A stretch of 64,000 nt of DNA. Origin: a virus. The notes under the pieces were generated by a model. That model saw nothing but the letters and a program-made list of their open reading frames with translations, made no database searches and was not told where the DNA came from. The stretch is taken from the IMG/VR virus record IMGVR_UViG_3300017971_000203. One strand, written 5' to 3'. Made by a program: the position numbers and the translations under genes. Shown one piece after another: positions 17,723 to 27,925 of this stretch. How positions within the stretch are numbered: position 1 is the first letter of the stretch; each line of letters starts with the position of its first letter.

Positions 17723-17737
17723 CGGTCTACGTCTCCT

Positions 17738-17962
17738 TCACCAATCCCCGTCATGTACTTCGAGGTCCTGCTTCGAAGCCTCGATCGCCCTCACAATCAC
17801 CTCCTCTCGGATCTCCAGGAGCTCTGATGCCAGCGCGTGCAAGACCAGCTCCGTGATCGCCTTGCTCCTGCTGATCCCGCCCCGATGCCGGCAGTACGAA
17901 TCCACCCGCTCCAGCATCGCCGTCAGGGTGTACAAGCACACCCGAGCTGTGTCACGCCCCAC
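17738..17962 (-). CDS. Ribbon-helix-helix protein
   Basis: LERVDSYCRHRGGISRSKAITELV. Confidence 0.6.
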   Translation of the reverse strand: MGRDTARVCLYTLTAMLERVDSYCRHRGGISRSKAITELVLHALASELLEIREEVIVRAIEASKQDLEVHDGDW

Positions 17963-18015
17963 GTCATACCTCCCGTCACCCTGATGTCACACCAGAGTAG
18001 GACAACAGTCACATA

Positions 18016-18043
18016 ACTATATCGGTCGTTCCCCGGTTGTCAA
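18016..18043 (-). promoter_or_regulatory. sigma70-type promoter upstream of the RHH/FGE-array operon
   Basis: TTGACA-16-TATAGT. Confidence 0.65.
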
Positions 18044-18046
18044 GGC

Positions 18047-18253
18047 CTATGTGTCGGGGAGCTCGTCTTCTCGGTAGAAACGCCACGTAGGCATCCCGTC
18101 CGGGTCGAGCGCATTCATTACAAGATAGGCCAACGCCGTCGCACGGCTGACCTTCTGAACCCCATGCACCACGCAGAGATACTTCGCCAGAAGATCCAGG
18201 CGATCAAGGACCTCCGGCAGCAAGCGAAAAGAGGTCGGCTTCGTATTGCTCAT
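18047..18253 (-). CDS. Ribbon-helix-helix-like protein
   Basis: TSFRLLPEVLDRLD...VSRATAL. Confidence 0.55.
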   Translation of the reverse strand: MSNTKPTSFRLLPEVLDRLDLLAKYLCVVHGVQKVSRATALAYLVMNALDPDGMPTWRFYREDELPDT

Positions 18254-18369
18254 CAGCAAGACTCCTGTTAGGGTGAGTGAGCTACATCGGTGTAGTACAT
18301 ACAAAAACGTACCCGATCCGAAGCGGGAAGGGAAGGGGTATCACCGAAAGAAGGGGAGCTTGTAGGAAG

Positions 18370-20268
18370 ATGGCGACACAACGGCGGAAACTGTTCCCGG
18401 CCCTGATTGTCGATCTGACCCCCATCGAACTGGCTGCGAAGGGCCTGGTTTCGACGCATACGTTCGGCCAGCAGTTCGAGTTGCAACCAACCACTCTCAC
18501 CGCATCCGCGGGCGCGAACTATTTCCCCGCGGTTCGGACCACAGCCAAGTGCAGGGACAAGCGCTACGCCTACCCCAGGGATATGCGTTGCTACCTGGCC
18601 AGCCACAAGTTCCACACGAAAGAGGGGGAGGAACCTGTGGAACTGCCCCAGGCGCTCTTCAATGACCCCTACGACCCCCCGGGAGGGTTCAAGACCCGCC
18701 TGGACTGGAACCCGAGCTCCTGGCGCGTAGGCGACCCGTTCCCGAAATTCGACTCGGGACCTGACCTGGAAGGCTGCGAAGAACTCGAGGGGGACGAGCT
18801 CCTGAAGAAGGCGGTGGAACTTCTGGACTTCGGCTACTTCCTGAAGGCCACCGGCAAGCTCCTTGGACGGTCTCCCACAGTGCTGCGCGAACTCCTGATA
18901 GACGCCGGCGAATGGCCCCGGAAAGACCTCGGAGGCCAGAAGACTCGTAAACGGGGCGTCGTCGAAGAACCAGAGCCGGAAGAGCCGGAGCCCGAAGCAG
19001 CTGCCGAAGAGCCGCAACCGGAGCCAGAGCCGGAGCCGGAAGAGCCAGAAGCCGAGGTCGTGGATGAAGACGAAGACCTCGGAGAAGACTTCAGAGACCT
19101 AGGAGAGCCCGAGTTCAGCCCCGAAGGCATCCTGACCCTCTATTTCGAGAATCACCCCTTCCAGCTGACCGATAGCAATACACACCCCTTCGTCATCAAA
19201 GATGCTTGTGATTACCTGGAGATCCAGAACGCCCGCCAGGCTGCCGATCGGCTAGACAAGGATGATGTATGTTCAACATATATCATCGACTCGCTGGGCA
19301 GACCTCAGAAAACGCTCACCTGCAACTTCCCCGGCTACCTGGATCTCGTGATGGGGGCTCGGTCTTCGGACCGTGCACGCCCCTTCCAGCGGTGGGTAAC
19401 ACACACCGTTCTGCCCACTCTTGCCAAACTGGGGACGTACACTCTGGGACAAGAACAGGCCGCTCATGGCTCGCCGCTGCCGGGGGACCTCGAGCGCCTC
19501 TTCATGCAGCAGGCAGAGATCAACGTCCAACAATCCCGGATCAACGCCCAGCACGCCGAGACCATCTCCACCCTGGAAGAGCTGGTCGGGAAAATGATGG
19601 GGGGCATCGACGACTTCGTGAAGAGTGCTTCGAAGCGCTTCGAAGAGGTCGAAGAACGAACGGACCAAGCTGAAGAGCGTATTTCCAACCTGGAAGAAAC
19701 CCTGAAGAACGCCCTGGAAGACCCGTTCCTCGGAAACGACGCTGCGAACCAGGACAGGCACATCTTGAACGCGATCGCCAAGGCCAGGGGCATGGCCATC
19801 TTCTTCGGCACCAGCGACGGTGCCCGGATCGAAAGACAACTCCGAATTTGTCCCGAGGGCTCTCCCGAACACGACAAGCTGAAGTCCGAGAAGTGGAAAA
19901 AAGCCAGACCCCACATCAAAGGTGTATACACGGCCTTCTACCGCTACCTGCTCCGCCATTCCCGGAACCCTGTCATCGACGTGTGCGCCCGCAAACGCAG
20001 AGATGTGGAGCTCGTCAAGAAAGCCAACGGCGCCAAGGCCGCCAAACGGTTCGAAGGGATCGCTCGTCTGATCGACTACATCAGAGTCGAAGAGATGCCG
20101 GAAGCGTTGACCCTCCTGGTTCGCTCCTGTCTGGAAGAAGGGTTCTATCCCGTGCTGTTCCACGAACAACCCCGCATCCGGGAACTGATACGGGATATCC
20201 GGTACAAGAAAGAAAACAAACCGCGTGGTTCCAACGGAACGCCGCCGGAACCGCCCCCGAGCCCCTGA
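18370..20268 (+). CDS. Bro-N domain (antirepressor-like) protein with PE-rich linker and coiled coil
   Basis: PFVIKDACDYLEIQNARQA...GYLDLVMGARSSDRARPFQRWVTHTVLPTLAKLGTY. Confidence 0.82.
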   Translation: MATQRRKLFPALIVDLTPIELAAKGLVSTHTFGQQFELQPTTLTASAGANYFPAVRTTAKCRDKRYAYPRDMRCYLASHKFHTKEGEEPVELPQALFNDPYDPPGGFKTRLDWNPSSWRVGDPFPKFDSGPDLEGCEELEGDELLKKAVELLDFGYFLKATGKLLGRSPTVLRELLIDAGEWPRKDLGGQKTRKRGVVEEPEPEEPEPEAAAEEPQPEPEPEPEEPEAEVVDEDEDLGEDFRDLGEPEFSPEGILTLYFENHPFQLTDSNTHPFVIKDACDYLEIQNARQAADRLDKDDVCSTYIIDSLGRPQKTLTCNFPGYLDLVMGARSSDRARPFQRWVTHTVLPTLAKLGTYTLGQEQAAHGSPLPGDLERLFMQQAEINVQQSRINAQHAETISTLEELVGKMMGGIDDFVKSASKRFEEVEERTDQAEERISNLEETLKNALEDPFLGNDAANQDRHILNAIAKARGMAIFFGTSDGARIERQLRICPEGSPEHDKLKSEKWKKARPHIKGVYTAFYRYLLRHSRNPVIDVCARKRRDVELVKKANGAKAAKRFEGIARLIDYIRVEEMPEALTLLVRSCLEEGFYPVLFHEQPRIRELIRDIRYKKENKPRGSNGTPPEPPPSP

Positions 20269-20961
20269 TCAACGGTCCTCCTTCCACAGGGTCTTGCCTG
20301 CCCCGGAACAGTACGAGTCCCAGGACAGGGCCGGTGCCTCGATCGGCTTCGGAAGGGGCGCCGTGAGCTCGGTCTTCTCCTTGTCGACCCCGTACTCTTC
20401 CAGGCAGCGTTTCTCGACTTCCTTCACGAAGTCCACCACCCAGTAGATCGACTTGCCGGTCAGATCCACGAGGAATTCGAACAGTATCCGGCATCGGGCC
20501 ACAGGGTTGGGATCGAGCTCCAGGCCCCACTCCGCCCCCAATCTGAGCCCCTTCTGCGTGATCGCCACGAAGCGCTCGTCGCAGACGAACACATCGGCGC
20601 CCCAGCAGATCTCGATCCCGAGACGGATGGACTCCATGGAAGCAAACACGAAGTGGGAGAGATCTCCCAGCTCGGTCGCCTGATAGGGGTCCAAGGTCTC
20701 TTCGCCATCTGCCTCCTGGAACACCCGCTCCAGGAAAGAGCCCTCGCAAGGCACAGAGAGATCCCCGCCCGTCCCCTCCCCCGGGAAGAACTCGCACGAA
20801 CGCATCGTGGAGGCCCACACGTTCGCCGTCTCGCCCTCCCCCATGGGCACCTGTATCAAAGGGACCTCGTTCGGGAGGTGCCCGAAAGAGATCCAGCGGA
20901 CGGGGAGCTCGAACTTGTTGCGCGCCCAGACCTTCTTCCGTCGTCGCTTTATCCGGCCCAT
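20269..20961 (-). CDS. Hypothetical protein
   Basis: MGRIKRRRKK... Confidence 0.6.
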   Translation of the reverse strand: MGRIKRRRKKVWARNKFELPVRWISFGHLPNEVPLIQVPMGEGETANVWASTMRSCEFFPGEGTGGDLSVPCEGSFLERVFQEADGEETLDPYQATELGDLSHFVFASMESIRLGIEICWGADVFVCDERFVAITQKGLRLGAEWGLELDPNPVARCRILFEFLVDLTGKSIYWVVDFVKEVEKRCLEEYGVDKEKTELTAPLPKPIEAPALSWDSYCSGAGKTLWKEDR

Positions 20962-21251
20962 CAGTCGTCGTACTCCCCGCGCATCAGGGACTTGACCCGC
21001 GAATTCTGGGCGGCGCCTACGACCCCGTGCAAAGCACCCCAGCACAGGAAGTGGACGAACAGCGACGCAAGGAGCCCGATCACCGGGAACTCGTATTCGA
21101 CGTTGGCGTCGCTCACCAGGTCGACCAGGACCGCACCGGCCAGCCACACGAAGAAGAACACAACGACCGCGCCCGAGAGGTAGTAGAGCCCCTTCACCAG
21201 CAGCGCGATCGGCAGCACGGCCAGCCAGAACCACTGTCGTAGCTTCTTCAT
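20961..21251 (-). CDS. Membrane protein
   Basis: 2-3 hydrophobic segments. Confidence 0.65.
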   Translation of the reverse strand: MKKLRQWFWLAVLPIALLVKGLYYLSGAVVVFFFVWLAGAVLVDLVSDANVEYEFPVIGLLASLFVHFLCWGALHGVVGAAQNSRVKSLMRGEYDD

Positions 21252-22456
21252 GGCGCCTCCCACACTCCGAGCTCTTCCAGACGGGCTCGGCTGCAGACTT
21301 CTCCCCTGCGAGCCAGGTCCAACACCATCACACCAGGCTCGACTAGCATGCACCACCCCGGGGAAGGTTCGTAGTCGAACCAGAACTCCCGAATGCTCTC
21401 CGGCGACGCCCCGCAGAGAAGCGTCTGGAGCTCCCTGGCCGTGCAAGAAATCACATAGGCCTGATCGCCATTGATGCGATCAAGGTTCGACGACAAATAC
21501 AGGAAGCGATGCTTCAGACCGGGCGCGTCTTGTGTCCCGTCGTATGGAGGGGGTGGATCGGACGATCCGGACCCGTCGTCCCCGCGTTCGTGTGCTTGTT
21601 CCACCACTCGAGCAGCTTGTCCTGGTTCGCCAACAGCTCCCGGCGCTGCTCCTTGGTCAGGCTGGCCAGCAGCTGCCCCTCCTCGCTCTCTAGGAGCCGC
21701 ATCAGAGACTTCCTCGAGCCCTTCTTCGGTCGAACCATCGTGTCTATCACTGCGTCCAGGTCCCTCTGAGACGGCGGCTTGTACCTTCCCGTCATCCCCA
21801 TCAGCAGAGACTGGTACCACGTCTTTCCTGAAAAGAGCTCCGAAGCCTTGTTCGAGCCGCGCGTCGTACTCTTCTTTCCCGAGAACTCGTTGCATCGTCG
21901 CTTCGTACTCATCGCGTTCACGAACCCCCTGGTCGATCTCGTAAATCCGGGTTTCCTGGTTCCCGATCAAGTGCCGCAAGTGGCCCGCAAGACCATCGCT
22001 TCCGGCCTCTTCCGCAAATCGACGTGTTTCCTGGAGTTGCGACAAGACCTTCTGCTCGAGAACCTTCTGTTTTAGAAGGTTCTCCTTCAAGGCGTCTTTG
22101 CCGTAGTCTACGATACCCTTCAAGAAAGCCGTCAGGGTCACTACCTGCCCTGTGTGGGGCTTTCTGATAGACGTCGACACCGTGAGCCCGTCTACAGGGG
22201 TCCTCAAGAACCCCACGACGTCTGTTCCATCGGGGCGCAGCGACTGAGGGGCTCGCGGAAGGAGCTCCCGGTTGACCCTCTTCACGAGGTCGTTGATGAA
22301 ACGGAGCTTCTTTCGGGCTCGGTCCTGGCAGCCCATCGCATATCGACAGGCGTCGTTGAGTGTCTCTTGCAGTTCGGTGTCGGCGTCTTCGAGCTCGTAC
22401 CGAATCTCACCGGCCAGCTCGCGCAGCTCCCGGTCGTGCTTCCGTCCTGCGTTCAT
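21248..22456 (-). CDS. Coiled-coil hypothetical protein
   Basis: N-terminus paralogous to C-terminus of upstream gene. Confidence 0.6.
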   Translation of the reverse strand: MNAGRKHDRELRELAGEIRYELEDADTELQETLNDACRYAMGCQDRARKKLRFINDLVKRVNRELLPRAPQSLRPDGTDVVGFLRTPVDGLTVSTSIRKPHTGQVVTLTAFLKGIVDYGKDALKENLLKQKVLEQKVLSQLQETRRFAEEAGSDGLAGHLRHLIGNQETRIYEIDQGVRERDEYEATMQRVLGKEEYDARLEQGFGALFRKDVVPVSADGDDGKVQAAVSEGPGRSDRHDGSTEEGLEEVSDAAPRERGGAAAGQPDQGAAPGAVGEPGQAARVVEQAHERGDDGSGSSDPPPPYDGTQDAPGLKHRFLYLSSNLDRINGDQAYVISCTARELQTLLCGASPESIREFWFDYEPSPGWCMLVEPGVMVLDLARRGEVCSRARLEELGVWEAP

Positions 22457-23790
22457 GTCACCTCCGCGATCTCTCGTATTTCCCGCAAGAGAGCTTCGAC
22501 GTCCCACGGCTCCTCATAGGCCGCTTCGACGAGGTCCTTGATCCGCCGAACCTTCAGGTTCAGCTCCGTCTTGAGGGGCTTGGTCGGAGGAGCCTCTTGT
22601 GGTTCCTCCTCTGCATCAACCGCCGCCTTCCAGACACGATCGAAGAGGTCTCTGAGGGGCTTGACGTTGGGCTGACGAATGTCCAGAGTGACACGGAAGC
22701 TGTCACTGTTGAGAAACACGAACTCCTCGGTGCCCTCCCTCAGAGACTCTGGCACCAACGGCAGAACCTCCTCGTTGACTCTCCTGATAATGCGGTTGAT
22801 AGGGGAGAAGATCTCCTCCCAGACCTTGTCCTGCGCTTCGCGTGCGATGTCGGTGCAATGGTTGACTTCTAGCTGGATCTCGTAAAGAAGGTCGTCAAAG
22901 TCATCTACGAAACCGCCGATGAGCTCGGCCGCCCTCGAGAGTTGGCTCTTCTGCTGGGCGGTCACAATGACAACCTGCTCCTTCATCGCCTTCGCGCGAG
23001 CGATCGCGTGCTCCTGGGAGTAGAGCGCCCAGCGGTTCAGGTCTTCGCTGGCATGGGGGTGGTCCGCCTCACAGCGGGGACCGATCAGATGCGTCCTCGG
23101 GTCGATCTGAACGTACCAGCCGAGCTCCCGGCACTCGGCGATCCCGGGGAAGAGCCCCGTCCACCGGGTCAGCTCCGGATCGTGCCCCTCGCAGTCGCAG
23201 ATCATCCGTTGCAGCATGCACTCCGAGCAGAACTCGATGTCGCAACCGTCGAAGTGCTGCTCCCCGGGAGCCACCCCGCAATCGGGACAGTTCCTCATCC
23301 CCTCCGTCGACATGAACGTCGCGAAGTCGTCGCCCTCCTGCTTGATCAGCGCCTCCCGGCAGCCCCCGCAGAGAGACATCGAGCCCTTGCGACCGTCTTC
23401 TCCGGGCTCCTTCTCCGTTGCGATGACGATGGGGGGATGCTCGCACCGCACCCGATACCCGTCGCGGGGGTTGCCGATCTTCCCGCCCATGGTGAAAGGA
23501 CCGTTCCCGGGCACGTCCGCCTGGCAGCGCTCCAGGTCCACCGGTTCCAGCTTGTTCGTCATTTCTGCTCCCTCCTCCGCGAGCTTGCTCCAACGCCTCT
23601 CTCCCGCCCACTCGTCCTTGGCGCCTGGCCATCGAGTGCCACAAGCAGGGCAGTAGTTGCAGGTGTATTCAGCATTCGGAGCAATAAGGATCAGCTCCCC
23701 GTCGCCTCCCTCGAACTGTGCTCGAGCAATCGCTACGTCGGGACAGCGATCGGGGTGTATATCGCAGTGGTACTCCAACTGCTGCTTCAT
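22453..23790 (-). CDS. Multi-Zn-finger hypothetical protein
   Basis: CPDCGVAPGEQHFDGCDIEFCSEC and further CxxC modules. Confidence 0.7.
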   Translation of the reverse strand: MKQQLEYHCDIHPDRCPDVAIARAQFEGGDGELILIAPNAEYTCNYCPACGTRWPGAKDEWAGERRWSKLAEEGAEMTNKLEPVDLERCQADVPGNGPFTMGGKIGNPRDGYRVRCEHPPIVIATEKEPGEDGRKGSMSLCGGCREALIKQEGDDFATFMSTEGMRNCPDCGVAPGEQHFDGCDIEFCSECMLQRMICDCEGHDPELTRWTGLFPGIAECRELGWYVQIDPRTHLIGPRCEADHPHASEDLNRWALYSQEHAIARAKAMKEQVVIVTAQQKSQLSRAAELIGGFVDDFDDLLYEIQLEVNHCTDIAREAQDKVWEEIFSPINRIIRRVNEEVLPLVPESLREGTEEFVFLNSDSFRVTLDIRQPNVKPLRDLFDRVWKAAVDAEEEPQEAPPTKPLKTELNLKVRRIKDLVEAAYEEPWDVEALLREIREIAEVT

Positions 23791-24242
23791 GAACTCACAG
23801 CAATAAGCCCTTCCAGTCCAGGACCGCGCGCTGGCGGACCAGCATCAACGTCCCCGGGGTCTTCGTCTCCCGAACGTCCAGGCGGAAGTTGTTCCAACGC
23901 TGCGCCCTCTGAATGGGGGTCAGCCGCTGGCGCCACTCCTCGTACAGGTCCCGGATCTCCGCCCGGGTGGCCGACACCTGGACCTTCTGTCCGTGCTCCA
24001 TCACAGCCGCCATCAAGCCGATCTTTTTCTCTTCCGTCATCGTCTGTCCACTCCGTTGGTTCGTTGTCTGCCACGCCCTCTCGCGGACCCTCTTGAGCAG
24101 GGCGGGGTCCGCCGGATTCTCCCCAGCATCGAGTGCCTTCTCCAGCTCCTCCATGTACACAGCGCCGTCTGCGCCCTCTTCGAGGTGCGTCAGAACCGTT
24201 CCCAGGAATCCTTCTGCTGTTTGCAGAAACTCGGTTGAAAAC

Positions 24243-24659
24243 TTAGTCATCGTCTTTTTCTGGTAGTGCCATACCCTCGATGGCTGCGATGATCTCGGTG
24301 AACCCGAAGCCCAGGCTGTAGCCCCGGTTCGGCTTGTTCGCGATGATGTTCTGATCCTGGAGCGCGCCCTGCTTCAGTCCGGGGATACGGAGATATGGTA
24401 GCCCCTTCGGGTTACGACGCTCCTCTAGGAGCGCCTCCAGCACCCCCGGCGTGTAGCGCACCCAGTCCAGGACTTCGTCCCACGTGTATTTCCCTGTGGC
24501 GTGACGACCGTCGCACCACAGACACCCGTGACAACAAAAGCGCGTAACAAGGGACCCCTCAAGGATCCCGCGGCGCCGTAGCTGCACCACCAGCGCCTCC
24601 AGGTCCTCCCGGGACCCGACCGAGTGGGCCATCTTGAGCAGCTCGGACACACTCTTCAT
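24243..24659 (-). CDS. Hypothetical protein
   Basis: MKSVSELLKMA... Confidence 0.55.
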   Translation of the reverse strand: MKSVSELLKMAHSVGSREDLEALVVQLRRRGILEGSLVTRFCCHGCLWCDGRHATGKYTWDEVLDWVRYTPGVLEALLEERRNPKGLPYLRIPGLKQGALQDQNIIANKPNRGYSLGFGFTEIIAAIEGMALPEKDDD

Positions 24660-25944
24660 CCGTCGTCCTCGTCGAAGAGACCCGCAGCGATCACCTGCTC
24701 CAGGCCCCGCTGTGCACACTCCTCTTCCAGGCAGTCCACACGCTCCTGCAGAGCGTCCCGGGCGAGCTCGTAGAGCGTCAGAGCTTCGTCCAGTGTCACC
24801 GGAGCGCTGTCTATCGCCTCCTCGAGCCGACGCACGTGCCGCGCGATGTTCCTCCCGTAGTAGTCCTGCATCACTCCCTCAGAAAGCTCCGACGCCGACG
24901 CCGCTGCACCCGCAGCTCGAAGGCCTCGGAAAGAAGGTCTATGCGGGTCTTCGGAAAGCCGTGAATCATCGCCCACAGCTCCCCCTCGTGCTCCACAGCA
25001 ACATAGGCGAAGAGCTCCCCGCGGCGCTCCCACCGGACAAGGACCTCCTCACCAGGTTGAACCTGCATATGGTCGACGCGCTTGCTCATGGTCAGTTTTT
25101 CTTGGTCTTCCCGCTGCCGGCCAAAGCTTCGACCAGACGAGCCGCCCCCCGTTGAGCCTCTTCTTCGGAGACAGGATCCGCCGCTTCGGTGAACCGATGC
25201 TTGCGCTCCCACTGATCGAAAGCCAGGTCGTCGCGCTTCCCGGCCCTCTTCAAATAGAGAGCCGCCCAGCGCTGCCCCCTTCCGGTCATCTGGTCCACCA
25301 GGTGGACCAGAGAGCGAACAACGCCGTCTGGACCCTCCCCCATGTCAGCGCCGAGCTCTTCTCCCAACTGCTGTCCCAGGGGGGTCAGGGGCATGAACTC
25401 GTCGTCCACCACCGCGGCATCGAGAGTGGGGTCTCGAGGGTCGAACTCCCCCTCCGTAAGGCGATTCAACAGAGCCCGGTTCATCGCTCCGACGAGGACC
25501 CGCTCCACATGCCCGAGAAGAGGCAGGGGGTGCTTGCGATAGGAACGCCCCTCCAGAATGCGGGCGACCAACCCCCTGGGCTCGGCCTCCAGGGTCGCTG
25601 TGAGAATCGCCGCCTGGCGACCGTCCGACACAGACACATGGTGAAGCGGGGTGTACCCTTCTGCACCCTCGTCTGCACGAGGCAGGTCCTGCCAGGAAAC
25701 AGGAAAGTCCCGAGCCTTCATGCGGGGTCTGCGTTTACGAGCCATTCCTCTCTCCTGTGGTCGACGCGCTTGCTCCTCAGAGCCCAGCGTTCGTGTGCTC
25801 TTCCGACACGCGGCTGCTGTGTGCTTCCGGGGAAGGCGGAACCCAAGGGCTTCGAAGGGACTGACAATTCGGCGGTGCTCCGGGCACGTTCTCCCGCGTG
25901 GCATAGATCCGTCTCCTATGGTGATGGCCCCCTCGCTGACAGGT

Positions 25945-25973
25945 ACCCTAATAGGTCAGTAGGGGATTGTCAA
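25945..25973 (-). promoter_or_regulatory. sigma70-type promoter
   Basis: TTGACA-17-TAGGGT. Confidence 0.75.
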
Positions 25974-26222
25974 GGATAGGATGCGCATAATCCATCGAAA
26001 ATATGCACCGGTGTAGCCCGGCGTGCTTTTTTCCAGGGACTCCAGAGGTCGCAAGTCCAGGAGGGGCGCGGTGTAGCGGATCGGGAGAGGCGAAAAGCAG
26101 ACCCTCTCAGACGCTCTTCTTTTCGGTTTGACGGGTCCGGGCACGTTTTGCGCGGAATCAGAGGGGCAGGGTATAGTCACTCTCTGCGGTGACTGTGACT
26201 CGAGTGTGAGTCGGGAGGGGGA

Positions 26223-26771
26223 ATGGACTACCAGAAGGCGAACGAGGTCCTGGGGGACATGAGAGAGTGGCTGCAGGAGGCCCGTGATATGGAAAGGCTC
26301 AAGCGCTTGGCTGCTATGGGAGACACCCAGGCGAAAAGAGAGCTCGAGAAGGCCCGAGAGCGCGGACGCGCCGAGGTCTTCGCCGATCTGCTCGAAGCAG
26401 AGATGAAGAAGTTCAAGGCGAGCGGCTTCTCCGTGGACATCGTCCAGGGCTACAGGGGGAAAAAGAGGGCCGCTTCCACCAGTGCCTGGGTGTCCATCAT
26501 CCCCAGAATCGGACGGGTGGACGTCGACTACTACCCGCAGAAGAACGAGCTCCGACTGCTCCGCTGGGGCGCCACCATACCAAATTCCTTCCCGAAGAGC
26601 GTCTGGACAAAGGCGGGGTGGACCGTAAACAACCCCTACGGAAGCTCCAGACCAGCCGGACCTATCTACGCCGACGGATCCATCCGCATCTCGGGCATCC
26701 AGACCAAACGAGCCGCCGTCAAAGCCGCCAGGAAGAACCTCGAGAAGCTCGCAAAGGCCGTCGGAACCTGA
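26223..26771 (+). CDS. Basic hypothetical protein with shared motif
   Basis: SD GGAGGGGG; RLKRLAAMGDTQAKRELEK. Confidence 0.75.
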   Translation: MDYQKANEVLGDMREWLQEARDMERLKRLAAMGDTQAKRELEKARERGRAEVFADLLEAEMKKFKASGFSVDIVQGYRGKKRAASTSAWVSIIPRIGRVDVDYYPQKNELRLLRWGATIPNSFPKSVWTKAGWTVNNPYGSSRPAGPIYADGSIRISGIQTKRAAVKAARKNLEKLAKAVGT

Positions 26772-26792
26772 CCCAAATCTTTCAGGATCGGC

Positions 26793-27554
26793 TCAGACCT
26801 CGCGCTGGTGAAGGTGCGGCTCCAGCATCCGGTAGATCGTCGCCATGGCCTTCCTCCGGTTGGAGCTCGACAAGAACCGACTCTTATCCTTCCACGTGTC
26901 GCTGCTCTTCAAGGCCTTGTCGAATCGCTTCCGCGGAGTCTTCAGCATCTTCCTGAAGAGCCGACCTCGGAGCAGCGCCGTCGAGGTGATGTCGTCCACC
27001 ACCTGGGCAATGAACGCAGCGTACTCCGAAGGCTGGTTCAGATAGCGCTTCAGCTCCGCCGGTGTCTGCTCACCAGGGTCGTGGTAGGTCTTCGCCAGCG
27101 CCGCCCCTGGGTCCACCACGTGCACTAGCTCGTGCACGAACGTCGACCGGATGAGCTTCGTCAGGTTGTGAGCTCCCACAGCGTTGAAGTCCGCCAAGGC
27201 CTCCTCGGCCGTCTTCCTCGCGTTCAGATACAACACCACACGCTTCGGCGTCTTCCCGCGCCGATACGCCCCGCCGATGAACACTTCGTCAGCAGGACCA
27301 CGCTGCGTCTCCAACGTCAAGAGCACATGCTCCACGTCCTGCGTGAACGGGTTCGTGATGCGCACCCCCTTCTGCCAACCACCACGCTTGATCTGTGAAC
27401 CCAGCGTCTCCGAAGGCGACAACAAACCCAGAGAGCTCCGTATCCACTCCACTGCCGTCGTCGTCACCTTGTCCAGCTCCTCCTTGTCCAACGAAATCGG
27501 ACGAGCCTCCAGAAGCGCACGGCCCTGCTCGATCAACACCTTCAATGACGGCAT
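26793..27554 (-). CDS. HEXXH (zincin-like) protein
   Basis: FVHELVHVVD ... YLNQPSEYAAF. Confidence 0.7.
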   Translation of the reverse strand: MPSLKVLIEQGRALLEARPISLDKEELDKVTTTAVEWIRSSLGLLSPSETLGSQIKRGGWQKGVRITNPFTQDVEHVLLTLETQRGPADEVFIGGAYRRGKTPKRVVLYLNARKTAEEALADFNAVGAHNLTKLIRSTFVHELVHVVDPGAALAKTYHDPGEQTPAELKRYLNQPSEYAAFIAQVVDDITSTALLRGRLFRKMLKTPRKRFDKALKSSDTWKDKSRFLSSSNRRKAMATIYRMLEPHLHQREV

Positions 27555-27575
27555 CACTACCTCCTGCGGACAGCT

Positions 27576-27923
27576 TCAGGGAATGGCGTTCCAAGGCAGC
27601 TCCTCGGGTCCGCGGAAGAGCTTCTTCGGTGGTTGGTTCCTGACCTTGTAGCGCGCGAAGGTCTTCTCGGTGCCCCCCGTCAGGTGGCCCGCAACAGCGA
27701 CCAGCCAGGACCAGGCCCGAGGTCCCCCATCGACACCCGCTGCAGAACCCCCCATGTCCGACACGTAGATGTTGGGCTTGCTCTTGAAGGCCTCACGGAC
27801 TTCGGACACTCGAAGACCGCTGACCTTCGTCTTCCCCTTGTAGACGTCTTTCGAGTAGCGGAAGTCCACCCTGGCGACTTCTTGGCCCTCATTGTCGTAG
27901 AACAGGATGCTCGCTGTAGGCAT
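27576..27923 (-). CDS. Hypothetical protein
   Basis: 115 aa, starts 2 nt after upstream stop. Confidence 0.65.
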   Translation of the reverse strand: MPTASILFYDNEGQEVARVDFRYSKDVYKGKTKVSGLRVSEVREAFKSKPNIYVSDMGGSAAGVDGGPRAWSWLVAVAGHLTGGTEKTFARYKVRNQPPKKLFRGPEELPWNAIP

Positions 27924-27925
27924 GA

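Noticed and set aside
18960-19055. GAGCCG-type repeats as a DNA element
   Set aside because: They simply encode the PE-rich linker of the Bro-N protein.
25900-26220. tRNA or ncRNA in the intergenic region
   Set aside because: Only short hairpins and a promoter; no cloverleaf or T-loop consensus seen.
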